Shown: positions 1-8,373 of the stretch, one piece after another
Numbering within the stretch: the first letter of the stretch is position 1
Layout: each line of letters begins with the position of its first letter
From: Butyrivibrio fibrisolvens
GTDB taxonomy: Bacteria; Bacillota; Clostridia; Lachnospirales; Lachnospiraceae
DNA length: 32,000 bases
Direction of reading: 5' to 3'
Assembly (NCBI RefSeq): GCF_037113525.1
Contig: NZ_CP146963.1
Location: 3,757,226 to 3,789,225 of the forward strand
The notes under the pieces: model-generated
Database searches by the model: none
Told to the model about the DNA's origin: nothing
Seen by the model: only the letters and a program-made list of their open reading frames with translations
Made by a program: the position numbers and the translations under genes

Positions 1-130
1 CATCATATCCAACTGACTGGATGTATCCCTGAGCCTGCATATCATCAGGAGACAGAGTCTTATCAAAGTCATAACATATTGCCACTACAGGCAGATTTTC
101 TTTTGATTTTCTATTATATTTAATATCCAT
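1..130 (-). CDS. Partial CDS (N-terminus only, runs off the window): HAD-superfamily hydrolase-like protein
   Basis: The reverse complement from 130 reads MDIKYNRKSKENLPVVAICYDFDKTLSPDDMQAQGYIQSVGYD with no stop before the window edge. DFDKT matches the HAD motif I (DxDxT). Only 43 codons are visible and the SD is weak. Confidence 0.45.
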   Translation of the reverse strand, partial: MDIKYNRKSKENLPVVAICYDFDKTLSPDDMQAQGYIQSVGYD

Positions 131-367
131 AGTATACCTTTACGAAACTTTTGTTTTGATACGTGAATCGCCCAAAAAATTTTATGCAATTCTTCCTGTT
201 AACAAGTATATCATATTTGAATATTCATAACACACAGCAAATACGAGTTTCAATAATTATCATGAATCCTCATCAGTCTAAATCATCGCTCTCCATACAA
301 TTATCTTGATTCAAGAACTTATTGATTACATATTCATTCAGATACTGGATCATTTACTCAAAAAGCA

Positions 368-982
368 TTACGCTGCAGATTTACTTTGAATGTAACAAAG
401 ACAAGCCACTATAACATCCATACCAAACAAAAATCCGCATATAGTATAGATAATACGTCTCTTTTTAGATATAAGACCTGCATCTTCGAGGATATAATAC
501 ACCGGAACAGATGATAATCCGGTTACAGCAATGCTTATTACATCCAGAATGTATAAGGCCATCGATAAAAGGATCATAAAAATGAGCATCGTTCCGATCA
601 CTCCCACGAAGAAGATAACCGCATACGCAGGAATCTGTACAAGTCTCATTATCATCTGTAGTTTGGCAAGATCAATAGCTTCACTTTCCGAATAATAATC
701 ATTGCCTTTTAAAATCTTTACAGTATAGATCAGTGTTAGAACAAACACCACAAATTCATATACCAATATGAATGCCAGTGGCACATACACATTATTATCA
801 AAAATATTCTCGAATAGCCATGCCGCATTTTGACTAAATATAAGACATAACAACACTGCTATCAGATATGCAAAGACACTGTCCAATATGATCAATCGCT
901 TGATCATATTATAATTTGTATTCTTTTTAGACATTTTCAACCGTTTAACCTTTCCCACAATTGATTTCAATAAATTTTTCAA
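368..982 (-). CDS. Hypothetical integral membrane protein (about 5 predicted TM helices)
   Basis: Long ORF with several hydrophobic stretches (LIILDSVFAYLIAVLLCLIF, VPLAFILVYEFVVFVLTLIY, AVIFFVGVIGTMLIFMILLSMALYIL). The start is uncertain: the track start at 982 is TTG without a clear SD, and an ATG at 934 is an alternative. Confidence 0.6.
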   Translation of the reverse strand: MKNLLKSIVGKVKRLKMSKKNTNYNMIKRLIILDSVFAYLIAVLLCLIFSQNAAWLFENIFDNNVYVPLAFILVYEFVVFVLTLIYTVKILKGNDYYSESEAIDLAKLQMIMRLVQIPAYAVIFFVGVIGTMLIFMILLSMALYILDVISIAVTGLSSVPVYYILEDAGLISKKRRIIYTICGFLFGMDVIVACLCYIQSKSAA

Positions 983-1146
983 GTTCCATATCTGGTATTC
1001 CTGTTTTAACTAAAATGCCAGTTGTTTAATATTATACTCGTTAACTCATCAGCCTGTTAGAGCATCTGACGAACCGCACTATTTATCCGACGTATGACAT
1101 TTTCGGGACTAAGCATAATTTTTTGATCGTTAAACGACATTTTCAG

Positions 1147-1168
1147 AATGGTACATACCATTTATAAT
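1147..1168 (+). promoter_or_regulatory. Candidate operator palindrome AATGGTA-ca-TACCATT abutting a TATAAT -10 box upstream of the GH13 gene
   Basis: A 16-bp palindrome at 1147-1162 is followed directly by TATAAT at 1163-1168. A weak -35 (TTTTCA, 1140-1145) sits at 17-bp spacing. It lies about 215 nt upstream of the GH13 start. Confidence 0.3.
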
Positions 1169-1383
1169 CGTCAAACAACATAAAAAAATCATAACATTTT
1201 TAAGCCATCAAAGATCTTTTTTCACATATCAAATCTTTTTTTGCGAAACTTCCCACGAAACTTGCGTAAGGTAATTTACAAGCACAAAAGACATGTTAAA
1301 ATGAAACAAGCTTAAGCGGTTAACTATATTGGGTTTTTATATTAATTCTTTTATTTAGCGCGCCTGCGCAGAAAGAGGTGACT

Positions 1384-2937
1384 ATGCCTAAGTGGCTTAA
1401 TGACGCAGTTTTCTATGAAATTTATCCTCAGTCATTCTATGATACTAATGCTGACGGAATCGGTGATATAAACGGAATCATCCAAAAGCTTGATTATATC
1501 AAGAGCCTTGGATGTAATGCTCTGTGGATCAATCCCTGCTACGACTCTCCATTTAAGGATGCAGGTTATGATGTAAGAGATTATAAGAAGGTTGCTCCAA
1601 GATACGGAACTAACGAAGACCTTTATAACCTTTTTAAGATAGCTCACGAAAAGGGCATCCGCGTACTTCTTGACCTTGTTCCCGGACACACATCAGAAGA
1701 ACACGAGTGGTTCAAAGAAAGTGCAAAGCCTGAAAGAAACGAGTATTCAGACCGTTATGTATGGACCAAGTCTGTATGGCAGGGAATCGGCAATCATCCT
1801 TATATTGCCGGTGACAGCGACAGAGACGGCGTATACATGCTCAACTTCTTCAAGTGCCAGCCAGCTCTTAACTACGGCTTCCTTAACAGAACCGAGGACT
1901 GGCAGATGGCTCCTGATGCTCCTGCTTGCCTTGCTACAAGGCAGGCTCTCAAAGATATCATGAGATTCTGGCTTGATCACGGATGCGACGGCTTCCGCGT
2001 AGATATGGCAGATTCTCTGGTCAAAGAAGATGATGAAGTAAAGTCAGCTACAAGCGCAATCTGGGCTGATATTAATGAAATGCTGGCTAAAGACTATCCT
2101 GAAGCTGCCATGGTATCTGAGTGGTGCAATCCCACATCCGCTCTTAACCTTGCTCACTTCGACATGGACTTCTATCTCGACCATCATTACAACGGTTACA
2201 ACACACTTGTACGTGACTACGAGACAGACGGCGGTGACCACAGCTTCTTTAAATGCGGAGCAGGCGGCGACATCATGCGTTTCCTTGATGATTACCTTCC
2301 CAAATATAATAATACAAAAGGTAATGGTTATATAAGCTTCTTTACCTGTAACCATGACACTCCTAGAGAAACAGCTTCTCTTTCAATCAGAGAACTTAAA
2401 CTTGCTTATTCCTTCTTCTTCACTATGCCCGGAGTTCCATTCCTCTACTACGGCGACGAGATTGGAATGAAATACATAAAAGGCCAGCCCACCAAAGAAG
2501 GCGGCTTCCAGCGCACAGGTTCAAGAACACCTATGCAGTGGACAACCGGCAAGAACCTCGGTTTCTCAGAAGCAGAAAGCGATAAGCTCTACCTTCCTGT
2601 AGATAAAGCAGATGATGCTCCAACAGTTGAAAGTGCAGAAAAAGATCCTGAATCTCTCATCCACACAGTAAGAGATATCATAGCTTTAAGACATAAAGAA
2701 GATGACCTCAAAGCAGACGGAAGCTTCGAAGTCATCTATGCAGAAAAAGAGAAATTCCCTTTTGTATATAAGAGAGGAAATCTCATCATCGCAGTTAACC
2801 CTTCCGAAAAAGAAGTTACTGCTCCTCTTAATGGAGCAAAGGCTACAGATGCCATCTACAAGATAGGAAAAGCTCTTATTTCAGAATCAGGCGATAACAT
2901 TGTTATAGGACCACAGTCATTTGTGATCTTTAAATAA
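1384..2937 (+). CDS. GH13 (alpha-amylase family) alpha-glucosidase / oligo-1,6-glucosidase-like enzyme
   Basis: N-terminus FYEIYPQSFYDTNADGIGDINGIIQKLDYIKSLGCNALWINPCYDSPFKDAGYDVRDY. Conserved GH13 regions are present: GFRVDMADSL (nucleophile Asp), SEWCNP (acid/base Glu) and FTCNHDTPR. The SD AAAGAGG is 5 nt before the ATG at 1384; the track GTG at 1378 overlaps the SD, so 1384 is preferred. Confidence 0.93.
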   Translation: MPKWLNDAVFYEIYPQSFYDTNADGIGDINGIIQKLDYIKSLGCNALWINPCYDSPFKDAGYDVRDYKKVAPRYGTNEDLYNLFKIAHEKGIRVLLDLVPGHTSEEHEWFKESAKPERNEYSDRYVWTKSVWQGIGNHPYIAGDSDRDGVYMLNFFKCQPALNYGFLNRTEDWQMAPDAPACLATRQALKDIMRFWLDHGCDGFRVDMADSLVKEDDEVKSATSAIWADINEMLAKDYPEAAMVSEWCNPTSALNLAHFDMDFYLDHHYNGYNTLVRDYETDGGDHSFFKCGAGGDIMRFLDDYLPKYNNTKGNGYISFFTCNHDTPRETASLSIRELKLAYSFFFTMPGVPFLYYGDEIGMKYIKGQPTKEGGFQRTGSRTPMQWTTGKNLGFSEAESDKLYLPVDKADDAPTVESAEKDPESLIHTVRDIIALRHKEDDLKADGSFEVIYAEKEKFPFVYKRGNLIIAVNPSEKEVTAPLNGAKATDAIYKIGKALISESGDNIVIGPQSFVIFK

Positions 2938-2974
2938 AAACAAACGTTCAGAAATTCTTCATTCTTCAAAGTAT

Positions 2975-3006
2975 AAGAAGGTCTTCGTTAAGAAGGCCTT
3001 CTTTTT
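2975..3006 (+). terminator. Rho-independent terminator after the GH13 gene
   Basis: A 12-bp stem pairs 2975-2986 with 2992-3003 (one G.U), with a 5-nt loop, followed by a T-run (CTTTTTG). Confidence 0.75.
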
Positions 3007-3128
3007 GTGTAGGGGGTGCGTATGGATTCGCACGTTTTGTGGAATTATATTTTAAAATCGCATTGTGGAGGGATAGCGATTTTAAGCAAATTTATATTAT
3101 TGGACTTTTTAGCTTTGCCTTGGTTTTA

Positions 3129-4784
3129 TTATCCGCCAAATGAAAATCCTGAACCGCCGCCATAATTTCCCTGCGGTGAATCATACTCTTGCTCAGACTG
3201 TGATTCATTACCCTGAGAATCAAATCCCTGTTGCGGCTGTGATTCATGTTCCGATTCTGAACCAGACTGACCAGGCATTCCAAAGCTATAACCCTGGTTG
3301 TTATCATCACCACTTGATGATGAGCCTGACAGCTCAGATGCATTATCAAGCGTTACTTCAATATCTACATACTGATACTGACCGTTAACTCTTCTAAGAA
3401 CAGTTACAGTAACTGTGTCTCCTTCTGCATAGTAAGACATAATACTTGTAAGGTCAGCTGCAGATGTTATGTCATTTCCATCAAAAGATGTTATAAGATC
3501 TCCTGCTTCAATTCCAGCCTTATCTGCTGCACTTCCTTCGCTTACTGCTGCAACATAGGCTCCGTCTATTCCTGTAGGAGTCATTACAGATACGCCCAAA
3601 GCACCTTTCTGCGCTTCCGCAACTGTAATCTTAGTATCTTCATTCATAAGATCATTGATAAGATCTATTACATCAGAAATTGGAATCGCAAATCCCATTC
3701 CTTCTACTGTTGTAGCACCAATCTTACTTGATGTAACTCCAATTACTTCACCTGCACTATTTAAAAGTGCTCCACCAGAGTTACCAGGGTTAATTGCTGC
3801 ATCTGTCTGTATGAAAGTATTGGTCTCGCCATCTTCTGTCTCTATCTCTCTACCAAGTGCACTGATAACACCCGTTGTAACTGACTGACCATAGCCAAGA
3901 GCATTACCAATAGCTATAGCACTCTCGCCAACTGTAAGTGAATTAGAATCACCAAGTGTAGCAATGCTTATAGAACTAAGCGTATCTTCAGAAAGATCCT
4001 CAAGCTCTACAGCAATCACAGCTATATCAACAGAAGATTCTGTTCCCTTAAGATACGCCGTAGCACTGCTACCATCTACAAATGAAACTTCCATGGAATT
4101 CGCATCTGCTATTACATGATTATTAGTAACAATGATAAGCTCCGTATCACTCTTAGCGATAATTATTCCAGATCCTGCTCCTTCAGACTCCTGCTGATAA
4201 GACTGCCCGAAGAAATCTGTTGTTGTAGTTGTAGCCTTTATATTTATAGATACGATCGAAGGCATTACAGAAGCCACAACACTGGTAACATCTGTCGTAA
4301 CGACCTGAGTATTACTTGTAGTCGTAACCTTGATCTCAGAATCCGACGAATCAGTATCTGTGTTAGTTGCAGCTATGCTATAAGAAGTATTTGACCCATC
4401 ATTAAGTGAAAGAGTTGTAAAATTCGAAGCTCCATAAATACCTGCTCCCGTACAAACTCCAAACACCGCTGCAAGCGCAAGTGCTCCTGCAATCTTTCCA
4501 GTCATCTTACCTTTTCTCTGCGCTTTTGCTTTCTTTCTCGCTTCTTTTTTAGCTGCTCTTCTGGCTTTTCTGTTTTCTTTCTTGATATCAGACTTTATAG
4601 TATTCGCATCATTTTCATTTTTATCACAATTAACTGCTTCATCAGTTACAGCATTTATCTTTTCATTAGCTACATCTTTTACATTCTCATTCGCAATATA
4701 ACTTACATCCTGCACATTCAATCCATCACCACTGTTCTGAACTGCATCATTATTAACATTTCTGAGGATTTCATCACCATTCAT
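3129..4784 (-). CDS. htrA: HtrA/DegP-family trypsin-like serine protease with PDZ domain, N-terminal membrane anchor and low-complexity tails
   Basis: Catalytic triad contexts are TNNHVI (His), DIAVIAV (Asp) and GNSGGALLN (Ser). A PDZ-like segment follows (GALGVSV...AGIEAGDLITSFDG). A TM helix IAGALALAAVFGVCTGAGIYG follows a Lys/Arg-rich stretch. The SD AAGAGG precedes the ATG. Confidence 0.9.
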   Translation of the reverse strand: MNGDEILRNVNNDAVQNSGDGLNVQDVSYIANENVKDVANEKINAVTDEAVNCDKNENDANTIKSDIKKENRKARRAAKKEARKKAKAQRKGKMTGKIAGALALAAVFGVCTGAGIYGASNFTTLSLNDGSNTSYSIAATNTDTDSSDSEIKVTTTSNTQVVTTDVTSVVASVMPSIVSINIKATTTTTDFFGQSYQQESEGAGSGIIIAKSDTELIIVTNNHVIADANSMEVSFVDGSSATAYLKGTESSVDIAVIAVELEDLSEDTLSSISIATLGDSNSLTVGESAIAIGNALGYGQSVTTGVISALGREIETEDGETNTFIQTDAAINPGNSGGALLNSAGEVIGVTSSKIGATTVEGMGFAIPISDVIDLINDLMNEDTKITVAEAQKGALGVSVMTPTGIDGAYVAAVSEGSAADKAGIEAGDLITSFDGNDITSAADLTSIMSYYAEGDTVTVTVLRRVNGQYQYVDIEVTLDNASELSGSSSSGDDNNQGYSFGMPGQSGSESEHESQPQQGFDSQGNESQSEQEYDSPQGNYGGGSGFSFGG

Positions 4785-4923
4785 CTCTCTACCTCTTTCC
4801 GAGCTTTTAAAGCTCTGTATGATTGATAATCTAACTTTTTAAACCTGTTTCATATTGCTCTATAGAACTCTTGCATCAAGCTTGCCTTTAGCTCTTGTGC
4901 TTTTATGGCTTTAGTTTAGATTT

Positions 4924-4967
4924 GAATTGTGATGAAATTGTGTTTTATTTATGCTCAAATTGTGTTT
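4924..4967 (-). promoter_or_regulatory. Three helically phased direct repeats (CACAATT on the gene strand) upstream of htrA
   Basis: On the + strand AATTGTG occurs at 4925-4931, 4936-4942 and 4958-4964, spaced 11 and 22 bp. The last two extend to an 11-mer AAATTGTGTTT (4935-4945 and 4957-4967). The repeats lie 140-180 nt upstream of the htrA ATG. Confidence 0.35.
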
Positions 4968-4977
4968 ACTTTCTTAT

Positions 4978-5023
4978 AAAAAAATAAAGCATTCCTTGAC
5001 TATTTATAAATCAAGAAATGCTT
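4978..5023 (-). terminator. Rho-independent terminator of the thyA-EAL-folA transcription unit
   Basis: On the minus strand, AAGCATTTCTTGA (5023-5011) pairs with TCAAGGAATGCTT (4999-4987) as a 13-bp stem with one U.G and an 11-nt loop. It is followed by TATTTTTTT (the + strand A-run at 4978-4984). Confidence 0.7.
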
Positions 5024-5092
5024 ATATCTACAACTTTTTCAACCGTTTAAAATAAACGTTTAGCTTTTTGATGGTTGTACGACAACTTAGGA

Positions 5093-5261
5093 TTCAAGAC
5101 TGTTATAAATATAATCATAGGCCGATTTTGAAAATAACCCGGATTTTTCTTAGTGTCTTTGGAGCGTAAGTACTGCGTGTTCACGGAAGCGGAAAAGACA
5201 CTTAGAAAAATCCGGGTTATTTTCACATGAGGCTTATGATTATATTTGTAACAGTCTTGAA
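5093..5261. repeat. 169-nt near-perfect inverted repeat (long hairpin) between the folA stop and its terminator
   Basis: Hand pairing uses a constant index sum of 10354. The outer stem pairs 5093-5123 with 5231-5261 (31 bp, two G.U-type positions on the + strand). A 5x5 internal loop follows. The inner stem pairs 5129-5160 with 5194-5225 (one T.T mismatch). The apical loop is 33 nt and GC-rich (5161-5193). Confidence 0.85.
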
Positions 5262-5303
5262 GGCACAGCCTACCCCATCAAAACCTACGCGTTTATTCGA
5301 CTC

Positions 5304-5807
5304 TTACTTGCGGATCCACCTCTGGAATGTGTAGCAGTTATCGAAGTAGTACTGTTCGTCGCTTTCTTCTGCAAGTTCCCACTCAGGATCTTTTTCAAGA
5401 TTAGGGAAGTATGCATCAGCTGTGAACTCCCTGTCAACCTTGGTAACAATACATGTATCCACATATGGAAGAAGCTGAGTATAAACGCTTGTGCCACCGA
5501 TAACATATACATCGTTGGTATCATACTCTGAAGCTATCTTCAGTACCTCTTCAATGCTCCTTGCCATGATAGCAGTTCCTGTAGAAGTACTCTTAACCGT
5601 ATAATCCGGATTTGCAGATAAGATGATATTGGTCCTTTGGTCAAGCGGAAGGCTGTTTGGGAATGTTGCAAGAGTCTTTCTTCCAAGTATTACAACCTTA
5701 TTCTTGGTCTCATTACGGAACATCTTGTGATCAGCCGGAATGCTGATAAGAAGATTACCGCCGTATCCTATTGCCCAGTTATTATCTACTGCAACTATTG
5801 CTTTCAT
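5304..5807 (-). CDS. folA: Dihydrofolate reductase
   Basis: 167 aa. Motifs IVAVDNNWAIGYGGNLL, VILGRKTLATFP and YVIGGTSVY are typical of DHFR. The SD AGAGGA lies upstream. Confidence 0.92.
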   Translation of the reverse strand: MKAIVAVDNNWAIGYGGNLLISIPADHKMFRNETKNKVVILGRKTLATFPNSLPLDQRTNIILSANPDYTVKSTSTGTAIMARSIEEVLKIASEYDTNDVYVIGGTSVYTQLLPYVDTCIVTKVDREFTADAYFPNLEKDPEWELAEESDEQYYFDNCYTFQRWIRK

Positions 5808-5836
5808 ATAAATGCTGTCCTCTTTTCTTTATATCT

Positions 5837-8347
5837 TCAGGCTCTTTTGCCAATATCCTCTACGCCGTTAGTGCTGATAAAATACTCTTTAAAGCTCTCA
5901 ACATCAAGCGGCTTGGAATAATAGTATCCTTGTATGGAATGACATCCAAGCTTTTTAAGTACCTGTACCTGATTTTCAGACTCTATGCCTTCTGCTACAA
6001 CGAATATACCGATTGTTGTAAACATGCGCATAAGAGCGCTGACCATCTGAAAACTCTTTTCATTATCAGGGAAGCCATGGGTAAAGATGCCTCTGTCGAT
6101 CTTGACTGTATCGAACTGGAGCCTTTGGATCGCAACAAGGTTGGAGTATGAACTTCCAAAATCATCCATGGATACTGTAGCACCAAGATCATGGATTCTG
6201 TCGATGATCTCGGCAATGTCATCTTCGTTATTGTAAGCCATGGACTCGGTTATTTCAAACTCAATCCACTGAATCGGAGGCTGGATCTCTCTTATAATCT
6301 TCTCATAGCTTTCAAAGTTCTCCGGATTCAGGATACTGTATTTAGAGATATTTACTGATATCCTGAAGGGTTCATTCCCTTCATCGATCCATTTCTTTAT
6401 AAAAAGGCAGGTCTCTCTGAACATAAAGAGATCAACCCTTGCTATCATACGGTTTCTTTCAAAAACAGGAATAAAGTATACAGGTCTTAAAATAGTTCCA
6501 TCATTTCTGCGCCATCTGACAAGAGACTCTGCTCCTGTAACTTTGCCTGTATGAGGATCAACTTTGGGCTGGAGGAAGAGCTCCATTTCTTTATTTGTAA
6601 GAGCCTTTTCAAGCCTGTTCTCCATAGTCTTCTCGACACGGAGCTTGTCTTTACACGTTTCAGTATACATCCAGCAGTCAGATGCAATGTCATAGGAAGC
6701 TGCTGAGTTTCTATAAGCTATTCTGGCAAGATCAAGGATTGCCTTAAAGTTCTCATCTCCTGCACTTATAGGGCATGCTGAAAACTCAACTCTTACAGAT
6801 AATGACTTAAAATTATCTCTAAGTACCTTTTCAAGGCCTTCTCTAAGCTGTGAGCACTTACGTCTAACTTCATTTGCCTTTTTGTCGCTCTTTATCAGCA
6901 TTGCAAAACTCGATTGGCCAAGTGCTGCCTGAGCTTCACCATCCACAAGAGTGGTCTGGTTCTGCTGATACAGTTCTTTTAACAATACATTTCCATTTTC
7001 CCAGCCGATGATCTCATTTACTGCCTTAAAACCGACAAGGTTCATGTACAAAAGCCAGTACTCGCCACGTTTTTCCTTATCTATCTCTGTAAACTTCTCG
7101 TTAAGATAAGCAAGTGAATTACCGCCTGTTACGGTATCGACATATGCCAGTTCTTTAAGCCTTCTGAGTGTCATCTCACCTCTTATCTCATGGAAAGATT
7201 TAAACAGCACGGTGAGGGTTATAGTCATAAGGAAAACGCTGTATCCAAGCCTGAAGTATTTTGAATTGCCTTCTATATAAACCATGCGATAACGAATGAC
7301 ACTATAACCGGAGACAATAATAAAGAAAAGAGTTCCGATTATCGATGCAAAGATATACATGTCTTTTGTCAGGATAAGCTCTCTTATCTGAAGTACCAGA
7401 AGTGTCAGGATCATGGCATACAAATAGATAAGAAACCCCACAAAGCTTACAGAAATATGCGATATCCCTGTCACATACAAAAATACTGAAACTGACATTA
7501 CAAAAAGATAAGTACACAAAAGAAACAGTGTGACTTTTTTCCCGCAATTTATATATTCAAGGAAAAACAGTAACAGAAAGATAGGAATGATCATGAAAAG
7601 AAATACTGCCATTGAATATCTGGCAGATACCGAACTGCTTATAAACTGAGGAAGATTTGATTCCATCAAAAGCCAGATTCCTGAAAATATAGATACAGCT
7701 GACATATAAGCTGCAGGAAGCTCCATGGACTCTATCTTAAATTTAAATAAATAGAACGAAAAAATAACCAGAATTATACCAACAACAATGAAAATAATTC
7801 CATTAAGAATAGCACTCATATTCTTAATGAAAATCTCATTATTAAGGTCATTGCGCTGTCCAAATATTGCGTAATTGAAGTAGAAACGAATGCTTCTTGA
7901 TGTAGGATTTGTCATTTCAAGAGTCAGGAACTTACCCGATGCAAACTTTGGAATATTTATCATGAACCAGGTATTTCCAATCTCTTTGCCCAGAACATCA
8001 TCCGTACCTTTGGCAAATTCTCCAAGGAAGGTGCCATTAGCATATATGGCAATATACATTTCGGGATCATATATTGCTATAGCTTCTTCAGGCGGGATAG
8101 AATACGGTAACTTATGATATAACCGAACCGATTCTCCGGGTCCGATCTCGATATATTCATCACTTATTACCTGGCCATCCGGATCATTCTGCCATCTCTC
8201 CGAGAAAAAATCCGAGTACTTATAATGCAAACGAAAAGAATCCACCGGGTCTAAAGATGCATAGATAAAGACTCCCGCGGTTAAAAGAATCAGGATTGAC
8301 GCTATAATCCTGGTTATTAAATACTTCGTTTTCAGAAATTCTTTCAT
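5837..8347 (-). CDS. Membrane sensor protein: N-terminal extracytoplasmic domain + about 7 TM helices (7TMR-DISM-like) + degenerate GGDEF + EAL (predicted c-di-GMP phosphodiesterase)
   Basis: EAL-domain residues are present: FLQPKVD, AESLVRW (EAL read as ESL), SVNIS, FEITE, DDFGSSYSNL, KIDRGIF, AEGIES and QGYYYSKP. The GGDEF-like domain has lost catalytic residues: GGDEF is replaced by GQSSF, DxD..FK by MNLVGFK, and NR by NS. About seven hydrophobic helices lie between aa 178 and 390. Confidence 0.88.
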   Translation of the reverse strand: MKEFLKTKYLITRIIASILILLTAGVFIYASLDPVDSFRLHYKYSDFFSERWQNDPDGQVISDEYIEIGPGESVRLYHKLPYSIPPEEAIAIYDPEMYIAIYANGTFLGEFAKGTDDVLGKEIGNTWFMINIPKFASGKFLTLEMTNPTSRSIRFYFNYAIFGQRNDLNNEIFIKNMSAILNGIIFIVVGIILVIFSFYLFKFKIESMELPAAYMSAVSIFSGIWLLMESNLPQFISSSVSARYSMAVFLFMIIPIFLLLFFLEYINCGKKVTLFLLCTYLFVMSVSVFLYVTGISHISVSFVGFLIYLYAMILTLLVLQIRELILTKDMYIFASIIGTLFFIIVSGYSVIRYRMVYIEGNSKYFRLGYSVFLMTITLTVLFKSFHEIRGEMTLRRLKELAYVDTVTGGNSLAYLNEKFTEIDKEKRGEYWLLYMNLVGFKAVNEIIGWENGNVLLKELYQQNQTTLVDGEAQAALGQSSFAMLIKSDKKANEVRRKCSQLREGLEKVLRDNFKSLSVRVEFSACPISAGDENFKAILDLARIAYRNSAASYDIASDCWMYTETCKDKLRVEKTMENRLEKALTNKEMELFLQPKVDPHTGKVTGAESLVRWRRNDGTILRPVYFIPVFERNRMIARVDLFMFRETCLFIKKWIDEGNEPFRISVNISKYSILNPENFESYEKIIREIQPPIQWIEFEITESMAYNNEDDIAEIIDRIHDLGATVSMDDFGSSYSNLVAIQRLQFDTVKIDRGIFTHGFPDNEKSFQMVSALMRMFTTIGIFVVAEGIESENQVQVLKKLGCHSIQGYYYSKPLDVESFKEYFISTNGVEDIGKRA

Positions 8348-8373
8348 TTACACTGTTTAAGACCAGCAAAATC

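Noticed and set aside
1432-2355. Five short ORFs (both strands) inside the GH13 gene
   Set aside because: All are fully nested in, or antisense to, a confidently identified GH13 coding frame. They are low-complexity shadow frames.
3046-3079. Hairpin TTAAAATCGC-(14 nt)-GCGATTTTAA as the htrA terminator
   Set aside because: The stem is real, but on the htrA strand it is followed by AATATAATT rather than a U-run, so I did not call it a terminator.
3092-4394. Short ORFs overlapping or antisense to htrA (3092..3349, 3140..3388, 3655..3888, 4116..4394)
   Set aside because: They are shadow ORFs of the HtrA frame, with no SD and no recognisable motifs.
5153-5230. A roughly 25-codon ORF (GTG/TTG start) inside the 5093-5261 hairpin
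   Set aside because: It has no ATG start and no SD. It lies entirely within a palindrome, where open frames arise by symmetry.
5285-6222. ORFs 5285..5524(-), 5637..5921(+), 5771..6151(+) and 5995..6222(-)
   Set aside because: They overlap folA and the EAL gene in other frames or strands, and those two genes explain the region.
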